The notes beneath the pieces are model-generated. The model was not told the origin of the DNA and made no database searches. It saw only the letters and a list, made by a program, of their open reading frames with translations. A program made the translations under genes and the position numbers. A stretch of 13,565 nt of DNA from Candidatus Bipolaricaulia bacterium. Its GTDB lineage: Bacteria > Bipolaricaulota > Bipolaricaulia > JBHIAT01. This document shows, piece after piece, positions 7,661 through 13,565 of this stretch (its first letter is position 1; the number at the start of each line of letters is the position of its first letter). The DNA lies in the NCBI GenBank assembly GCA_046758705.1, contig JBHIAT010000096.1:1-13565 (forward strand), written 5' to 3'.

Positions 7661-7954
7661 ATGGCAGAGTATCAGGTTCTTTACTGGAAGGAGATTCCGG
7701 CCCAAATCAAGGTCGAAGACGGCAAGCAGGAGGTCAGGCGACCCCTGCCCGAACGGTTCCAGGCGACCATTGACGCGATCGCGATGCGCCAGGGGGAGGT
7801 CGGAACGGACGCCTATCTTCAGAGTTGGCGTTGGGGGTCGAAGCAGGTCCGGGAGGGGACACCGGAGGCGGTAGCCGAGGCGATTGTCGCCGAACTCGAC
7901 GCTGCCTATCCCCCGAAGCGGCTCGGGGAAATGATCGGCGAAACGGAAGTGTGA
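7661..7954 (+). CDS. Small 'virulence factor' domain protein (Pfam Virulence_fact/PF13769-like), function unknown
   Basis: YWKEIPAQI...LPERFQATIDAIAM...DAYLQSWRW pattern recognised from memory of the family. GGAGG RBS 5 nt before ATG 7661. Confidence 0.75.
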   Translation: MAEYQVLYWKEIPAQIKVEDGKQEVRRPLPERFQATIDAIAMRQGEVGTDAYLQSWRWGSKQVREGTPEAVAEAIVAELDAAYPPKRLGEMIGETEV

Positions 7955-7963
7955 GCGGAAGTT

Positions 7964-8989
7964 TTAAGGCCTAAGAAGGATTTTGATCGCCTGTCCCTCT
8001 CTGAGCAGATCGATGGCCTGATCGAACTCGTTCAGACCGAATTCGTGCGTGATCAGCTCCTCAACCCGCAGCGCACCGCTATCCAGGAGCCGAATCGCTG
8101 TCGGGAAGGTATAGTTGGTGATCCAGCTCCCGATCACGGTGAGACACCGTTGCGTGATATCGTTCTGGGTGATCTCGGCGTGGGCCTCTGTGTTCTGACC
8201 GAACAGCATGACACGACCGCCCGTCCGGGCGACTTGGAGGGTCTGAGGGAACAGGCTGCCGACAGCATCGACGACGATATCGGCCCCCCGGCCAGTCTCC
8301 TTTTGGACGGCCGCTTCCAGAGACTCTTCCAAAGGATTGACGACGCGGTGGGCGCCACTGCGCTTCGCGTACTCCCGACGAAACTCAGACGGCTCCGAGA
8401 CGATGATCGGTCGGACCCCCTCAGCACCGAGCACCTGAGTGAACAGCTGGCCGATCGGCCCGGCGCCCAAGATGGCAACGCTCTCCCCGGCTTGTGGTCT
8501 CAGCTGGTTCCTGGCGTTGACCACACACGCCAGCGGCTCGGCGAACGCGGCCCGCTCGGGCAGCATGTGATCAGGGACCTGATGCAAGTTGCTCTCCGGA
8601 GCGATGTTGTACTCGGCGAATCCCCCGTCGATGAAGATCCCCAGCGCGGTCAGGTTCTGACACATGTTGGTGAGTCCGTCCTTGCAGAAGTTGCAGTAAC
8701 CACACCTGACGGTGGGATCGACGACGACGCGATCTCCGACCGAGACACTTCGGACACCGTTACCGACTTCGACGACCTCTCCGGTGTACTCATGGCCGAG
8801 GATGACGCCTTCGCTGGCCTCTTGACCGGGTGGAACGCTCAGGATATGGACATCGGTGCCACAGACACCGACCGCCTGGACCCTGAGCAGGACGTCATCA
8901 GGGTTCTTGACTTCAGGAATGGGTCGCTCGAGCACGGCCGCACGGCCGTTCCCCTGAAACTCTACCGCCCTCATCACACCGGCTGGCAT
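7964..8989 (-). CDS. Zinc-dependent MDR-family dehydrogenase (sorbitol/iditol/threonine dehydrogenase-like)
   Basis: GVCGTDVH, GHE, structural Zn site CGYCNFC-x7-C, EPLAC and GAGPIG. AAGGAGG RBS. Confidence 0.9.
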   Translation of the reverse strand: MPAGVMRAVEFQGNGRAAVLERPIPEVKNPDDVLLRVQAVGVCGTDVHILSVPPGQEASEGVILGHEYTGEVVEVGNGVRSVSVGDRVVVDPTVRCGYCNFCKDGLTNMCQNLTALGIFIDGGFAEYNIAPESNLHQVPDHMLPERAAFAEPLACVVNARNQLRPQAGESVAILGAGPIGQLFTQVLGAEGVRPIIVSEPSEFRREYAKRSGAHRVVNPLEESLEAAVQKETGRGADIVVDAVGSLFPQTLQVARTGGRVMLFGQNTEAHAEITQNDITQRCLTVIGSWITNYTFPTAIRLLDSGALRVEELITHEFGLNEFDQAIDLLREGQAIKILLRP

Positions 8990-9008
8990 GATCGTACCCT
9001 CCTTAACC

Positions 9009-10061
9009 TTAACTCTCGTTCCCGTCGTACCAACCGTACTTGCGAACGACCTCAGCCATCATCTGGACGTTTTCGACGGGCGTGTCTCGACCGAGCTCGC
9101 AGCCGGAGCCGAGGATGAACCCCCCGCCTGGAGCGCACCCCTCGACCAACTTCTTGCTGATCTGCTCGATATCCTCGGGTGTGCCCCGGACCATCAACGT
9201 GGTGTCGATGTTCCCTTTGATGCAGATCCGATCCCCCAGTTGTTGTTTCGCTGCCGCCATATCGATGGGCGCATCGAGATCGAACAGGTCGGCTCCGGTC
9301 TCCAACATCTCCTCCCAGCGATCCGACGTCCGGCCGCAGATGTGGAGAATCACCTTGGCGCCCTTGTTGTGTGCCAGCTGGATGATCTCCCGTTCGTAAG
9401 GCCGGGCCCACTTCTTGTAGTCGTCGACGGAGATCAGGTCTCCGGTGGCGAGTGAGTCCCCAATGAACAGGATGTCCGCACCGGCGTCGATCATCGCCTC
9501 GGCCCAGATGGACACCGCCTTGCCACAGAACTCGAGGGTTTTGTCGATCAACTCTGGGTTCATGATCGAATCGACGAACCACTCCTGGAGCCCCCTTAAG
9601 TTCCCGGCCACCTGCCACGGGGCACTGGTCGCGCTCCAGACCGGGACTTCGTCCTTGAGCTGCCGTTTGAGGATGCGGATCGCGCCCAACATCGTCGGCA
9701 TGAAGCCATCCTTCTCGGGGTCGGGCAGCTTCAGCTTGTTGACGTCGTCGACCGAGTGGACGATGTGGCCCTGGACCTTGGGGAAATCGTCCTCCGGTTC
9801 GTCGACAGGACAGCCGATCGCGCCGGGCACGACCGGGATGCCGATGTTGACGTTGACGCCGTCGAGCTTGCAGATCTCATAGGCAGCCAGTTGGGACTCG
9901 GCGTGGACCTGGGGATCGTTGCTGTGCTCGATCCATTTTCTGTCGATGAGCCGGGTTGCCCAGCCGCCCTGCCACGGGGAGGCAGCGACCCGATCGGGCT
10001 CCTGGAGGTCGATGGTCGCCATCGTACGCTCCATCGGAGTCATGGACTCCTCTCGCGTCAT
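9009..10061 (-). CDS. MtaA/CmuA-type methyltransferase (uroporphyrinogen decarboxylase family)
   Basis: N-terminal MTPMER...EPDRV, Zn-binding HxC (VILHICG) plus distal Cys (FILGSGCEL), CIKGNIDT and TPVENV. Located in a corrinoid operon. Confidence 0.85.
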   Translation of the reverse strand: MTREESMTPMERTMATIDLQEPDRVAASPWQGGWATRLIDRKWIEHSNDPQVHAESQLAAYEICKLDGVNVNIGIPVVPGAIGCPVDEPEDDFPKVQGHIVHSVDDVNKLKLPDPEKDGFMPTMLGAIRILKRQLKDEVPVWSATSAPWQVAGNLRGLQEWFVDSIMNPELIDKTLEFCGKAVSIWAEAMIDAGADILFIGDSLATGDLISVDDYKKWARPYEREIIQLAHNKGAKVILHICGRTSDRWEEMLETGADLFDLDAPIDMAAAKQQLGDRICIKGNIDTTLMVRGTPEDIEQISKKLVEGCAPGGGFILGSGCELGRDTPVENVQMMAEVVRKYGWYDGNES

Positions 10062-10067
10062 GGTCCC

Positions 10068-10835
10068 TCACCCCTTCCTTATGTGGATTTTATTACGACC
10101 CTTAATATGACCGTCTACACTGGCCCACCACCTGTTCGTGGCCTTGATCGTGTTGAACGTGTAGACATGAAAGCCATCCACGTGTTCGTAGACCGCCTCC
10201 ATCAGCGGACGCGGGTCGTAATGGCTGATCATACTCACCACATCGCGCTTGGCCATTCTCTTCAGGAAGTTAACCGATCCGGTCACGCCGCAACGCATCG
10301 CGAATTGCGTCAGCCTCGCAATGTTGATCGGGGCGGCGACTCCGCACTGGATGGGCAACGTGATGCCTTTATCGCGAATCCGCTTCGTCCAGTCGACAAT
10401 AGCTTGAGGGTTGAAGCACATCTGCGTGATCGCGTAGGTCGCCCCGAGGTGTTGTTTTTCGAGCAAGATCTCGTCACCGAAGGTTTCGTACGGATAGGAA
10501 GGATGACCTTCCGGATAGCTGGCCACGCCGATTTCATCGCAATGGCGAAAGTACGGGATCAACTGAGCTGAACGGTCGAACAGTCCGTGCGGCTTTTGAT
10601 CTCCTGCGATTAAAAGAACTTTCTTCGTGAAGATCTCAGTGAGGGCGCGTAGATGGTCCTCACTTTCCACCAGTGCGGCGGATAGATGCGGCGTATGTCG
10701 TGATCCGAGTTTACGATAGGTGTCAATGGTCGGCTGGAGGTCTTGGGCCGTGCACGTGATGGAAAGTTCCCAGACCTCAGGGATGATATCGAGCCTGAGC
10801 TTCTTACTCGGAAAGATTTCAAAGATGACCTTCAT
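10068..10835 (-). CDS. metF: Methylenetetrahydrofolate reductase (short, divergent)
   Basis: FEIFP (catalytic Glu), PHLSA, IAGD, YPEGHP, AITQMCF and GFHVYTFN motifs of the MTHFR fold. ATGA overlap with the upstream gene at 10832-10835. Confidence 0.85.
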   Translation of the reverse strand: MKVIFEIFPSKKLRLDIIPEVWELSITCTAQDLQPTIDTYRKLGSRHTPHLSAALVESEDHLRALTEIFTKKVLLIAGDQKPHGLFDRSAQLIPYFRHCDEIGVASYPEGHPSYPYETFGDEILLEKQHLGATYAITQMCFNPQAIVDWTKRIRDKGITLPIQCGVAAPINIARLTQFAMRCGVTGSVNFLKRMAKRDVVSMISHYDPRPLMEAVYEHVDGFHVYTFNTIKATNRWWASVDGHIKGRNKIHIRKG

Positions 10836-12718
10836 AAATCCTCATCCTCCAACAGATTTTTTTCGGTGAAGAACATGCTGACCATGAACACATCCCCGAA
10901 GTCGCTTCTCGCGGAGAGCTCCAGGTAATCGACCCGTTCGACGATCTCCTGAACCTCATCCCACTTATCGCGGTTGACGAGACAGATCTTCGCTCCCTGG
11001 CCGGCGGCGTTGCCAACAGCATTGATCTTCTCCAAGGGAAAGTTCGGCAACATCCCGGTCCGCACCACGTTCTCCGCCCGCAGGAAACTGCCAAATGCCC
11101 CGGCCAGGAACACCTGATCGATCTGGTCAGGTGTCACCCCCCACTCCTTCATCACGATCTCGACACCGGACCGGATCGCCCCCTTGGCGACCTGGAGTTC
11201 ACGCACATCCTTCTGGCTGAGGTAAACCGGGTGCTCCCCGTCGGTCAAGATGAACCGCTTCATCTTGATTCGTTCTCCCGGCCGTCCTTCTCTATCGACC
11301 TCGACCTCGACCAACCGCTTGCCGATCGGGAGGTCGGGCCGCGGTTGAAAGTGCCCTTGCTTGGCCAGCATCTCCACCTTCCACAGCTGACCGACGATGT
11401 CGACCAGCCCTGTCCCACAGATGCCGATCGGTTTGGCATCGTCGATCGTTTCGAGATGGACGGCATCGGGGTCGATGACCACGTGGGAGATCGCTCCAGG
11501 ATGGGCCGTCATCCCCTGCTCGATCTTCGCCCCCTCGAGCGCCGGCCCGGCCGGAGACGAGCAACTGACGATCCGCTCCCGGTTGCCGAGGGTGATCTCG
11601 CAGTTCGTCCCGATGTCAACCAACAGCATCAGACCCTCAGCGTGGTGGAGGTCGGTGGCCAGCATCCCGGCGGTGATATCTCCACCCACATACCCTGAGA
11701 CGTTCGGCAGGATCAACACCCGACCCGCCGGGTTCATTTTGACCCCGAGTTCGACACCGGTGAACTCGTTGCGATCTCGGGTTGCGGGGATATAAGGGCT
11801 GTGGTCGATGTAGGAGGGATCGGCCCCGATGAACAGATGGGTCATCGTCGGATTCCCGGCGAACGTTGCCTGGTAGATGTTCCCTGGGGTGATCCCTGTC
11901 TCATCGCACAGCTTCTGGATGATCGAGTTCACCGCCGAAAGCACCTTGCCCCGTAGCTTCCTCAAGCCCTTGTCTCCGTGGTCGTGGACGTGCTTGATCC
12001 GGGCGATGACATCGGCTCCGTAGCTGCGCTGCGGGTTCATCCCTGAACGGACTCCGAGCTCTTCGCCGGTGTTGAGGTTCAACAGATAACCGGCGATGGT
12101 CGTCGTTCCGATGTCGAACGCGACGCCGTAGCTGTCGGCCGAGGTGTCCTCCGGCTCCACGTCCAACACCCGGCCTCCCGCGACGGTGACCGTCGCCTTG
12201 AAGTCGTTGCGGTGCAGAACCTCGGTGACCTTCTGAAGGGCGGGGAGTGAGAACTCAAGCTCTTCCCCCAACCCCAACTCCTCCTGGATCCGCAGCGTAT
12301 CGGGGCGCTGGTCCTCGATGTGCGGCTTGGGGAACTCGCGGTAGAACTTCTTGACGCCGCTGTCGATCGCCACGCCCTGGACACCCTTGCTCATCAACTG
12401 CTTGGCGACGGCGCTCTGATCGACGCTCGGCGCCTCGATGACCATTCCGTCGGTGACCTGGTGCATGCAGGAGAGCCGAACCCCGCTCTCCAGCTCGCGC
12501 TCGTTAAGCGTCTTGTGATCCGCCACGGTCGGATCCGGGATCCCGTCGAGGATCCGCACCCGACACTTGCGGCACGTCCCCACCCCGCCACACTCGCTGA
12601 TAACCGGGTAGTCCTCCCGCTGCAGCAGGCTCAGGATCGTCTCATCCGACCCGGCTCGCACTCGCCGTTCATCGGGGCGGATCAGGATCTCGGTCTGCAT
12701 TTGCGATCGTGTTCCCAT
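10832..12718 (-). CDS. ASKHA-domain ATP-dependent reductive activator of corrinoid proteins (RACo/RamA-like) with N-terminal [2Fe-2S] domain
   Basis: CGGVGTCRKC...RLSC ferredoxin motif, FDIGTTT, NPQRSYGADVIARI, VDIGTNCE, AGPALEG, GICGTG, LAGAFG and GNAAGQGA. Confidence 0.93.
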   Translation of the reverse strand: MGTRSQMQTEILIRPDERRVRAGSDETILSLLQREDYPVISECGGVGTCRKCRVRILDGIPDPTVADHKTLNERELESGVRLSCMHQVTDGMVIEAPSVDQSAVAKQLMSKGVQGVAIDSGVKKFYREFPKPHIEDQRPDTLRIQEELGLGEELEFSLPALQKVTEVLHRNDFKATVTVAGGRVLDVEPEDTSADSYGVAFDIGTTTIAGYLLNLNTGEELGVRSGMNPQRSYGADVIARIKHVHDHGDKGLRKLRGKVLSAVNSIIQKLCDETGITPGNIYQATFAGNPTMTHLFIGADPSYIDHSPYIPATRDRNEFTGVELGVKMNPAGRVLILPNVSGYVGGDITAGMLATDLHHAEGLMLLVDIGTNCEITLGNRERIVSCSSPAGPALEGAKIEQGMTAHPGAISHVVIDPDAVHLETIDDAKPIGICGTGLVDIVGQLWKVEMLAKQGHFQPRPDLPIGKRLVEVEVDREGRPGERIKMKRFILTDGEHPVYLSQKDVRELQVAKGAIRSGVEIVMKEWGVTPDQIDQVFLAGAFGSFLRAENVVRTGMLPNFPLEKINAVGNAAGQGAKICLVNRDKWDEVQEIVERVDYLELSARSDFGDVFMVSMFFTEKNLLEDEDL

Positions 12719-12729
12719 AGGCGGTTCTC

Positions 12730-13401
12730 TTACCCATCCCAGCGATCTCGGGGTAGCTCTGCAGTCAGCTGCTTGGCCTGGTCGGTCGCGGTGGCGGCGT
12801 CCGGTCCGTAAGCATCCGCGCTCATCTCATCGGCGAACTCTTGAGATATCGGTGCGCCCCCGACCATCACCTTCACCTTGTCGCGAACTCCGACCTCCTC
12901 GAACAGCTTGATGTTCTCAGGCATGTGCATCATCGTCGTGGTCAACAGCGCCGACATGCCGACGATATGCGGCTTATACTTCTGGATCGCTTCGACGAAC
13001 TCCTCGCCGGTCGTTTCGGTGCCCAGGTTGTAGACTTCGAAGCCGGCGCCCTCCCACATCATCGACACCAGACTCTGGCCGATGTCGTGCAGGTCGCCCT
13101 CGACCGTCCCGATGATACACACCCCTCTAGATTCGGCCCCGGTTTCTACCAAGATAGGCCTTAGAATCTCCATCGCCCCCTTCATCGCGTAGGCGGCGAT
13201 CAGCATCTCGGGGACAAAGATCTCCTGGCGGGAGAACTTATCGCCGATGATATCCATCGCATAGATCAGCCCATCATCCAGGATCTGCTCAACTTCATAA
13301 CCTTGCTCCAGCGCCTGGTTGGTCAGCTCCACCGTTCGCTCCCGATCGCCCGCCTGCGTGCTCTGGTTGATCTGCTCAAAGATGTCGTTCTCGTCGGCCA
13401 T
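12730..13401 (-). CDS. Corrinoid (cobalamin-binding) methyl-carrier protein (MtaC/MttC-like)
   Basis: Cap domain (FVPEMLIAAYAMK), DxHxxG (GDLHDIG), MSALLTTT and VMVGGAP. Start placed at ATG 13401, 6 nt after GGGAGG RBS (13413-13408). Confidence 0.93.
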   Translation of the reverse strand: MADENDIFEQINQSTQAGDRERTVELTNQALEQGYEVEQILDDGLIYAMDIIGDKFSRQEIFVPEMLIAAYAMKGAMEILRPILVETGAESRGVCIIGTVEGDLHDIGQSLVSMMWEGAGFEVYNLGTETTGEEFVEAIQKYKPHIVGMSALLTTTMMHMPENIKLFEEVGVRDKVKVMVGGAPISQEFADEMSADAYGPDAATATDQAKQLTAELPRDRWDG

Positions 13402-13403
13402 CA

Positions 13404-13565
13404 TCATCCTCCCGATGACGTACTTCGGATCCGTGCCGGTGTCCGCTTGCCTTCCTCCTGCCATACTTGCTTCGTGTACTTCACATAACCCAGGCAGCCC
13501 GGGTCATCTCCGAGGAGCGCCTCGATCGCCTTGATGGTGTCGATCGTATCCCGATCGGTGGGGTC
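13404..13565 (-). CDS. C-terminal fragment of a methyltetrahydrofolate:corrinoid methyltransferase (AcsE-like, pterin-binding), truncated by the window edge
   Basis: Hand translation gives DPTDRDTIDTIKAIEALLGDDPGCLGYVKYTKQVWQEEGKRTPARIRSTSSGG*. This resembles the AcsE-type C-terminus (DP.D......A.EALLG.D..C..Y). The stop codon abuts the corrinoid-protein start. Confidence 0.72.
   Translation of the reverse strand, partial: DPTDRDTIDTIKAIEALLGDDPGCLGYVKYTKQVWQEEGKRTPARIRSTSSGG

Noticed and set aside
8045-9118. 357-aa plus-strand ORF
   Set aside because: Antisense shadow of the Zn dehydrogenase in GC-rich DNA, with no recognisable motifs.
9009-10061. Annotation as haem-pathway uroporphyrinogen decarboxylase (hemE)
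   Set aside because: It lacks the RQAGR motif of HemE, has the HxC...C Zn motif and lies in a corrinoid operon.
9756-10571. 271-aa plus-strand ORF and the other short overlapping ORFs in the track
   Set aside because: They overlap motif-supported genes on the opposite strand or in another frame, as expected from codon bias.
9009-13565. Pyrrolysine or selenocysteine read-through in the methyltransferase operon
   Set aside because: All proteins appear full length at their stop codons, with no in-frame TAG/TGA splitting a domain and no MttB/MtmB-like gene in the window.

Overview
GC-rich bacterial window, almost fully coding, holding what looks like one catabolic island in four transcription units. 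(1) A minus-strand corrinoid methyl-transfer operon runs in from the right edge. It encodes the C-terminus of an AcsE-like methyl-THF:corrinoid methyltransferase (missed by the ORF track), a B12-binding corrinoid protein, an ASKHA/RACo-type corrinoid reactivase, a short MetF, an MtaA/CmuA (URO-D family) Zn methyltransferase and a Zn-dependent polyol dehydrogenase. (2) A small stand-alone 'Virulence_fact'-like protein gene has its own promoter. (3) A carbohydrate ABC importer has a binding protein, one MalF-like permease and two tandem, ~82% identical MalG-like permeases, with no ATPase. (4) Divergent sugar/cyclitol-processing genes comprise two Gfo/Idh/MocA dehydrogenases (one IolG-like) and a xylose-isomerase-like TIM-barrel enzyme. 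The leading hypothesis (inference) is an O2-independent, cobalamin-dependent pathway that imports and demethylates a methylated sugar or cyclitol (e.g. an O-methyl-inositol) and oxidises the methyl group on THF. No RNA genes, CRISPR arrays or mobile elements were seen.
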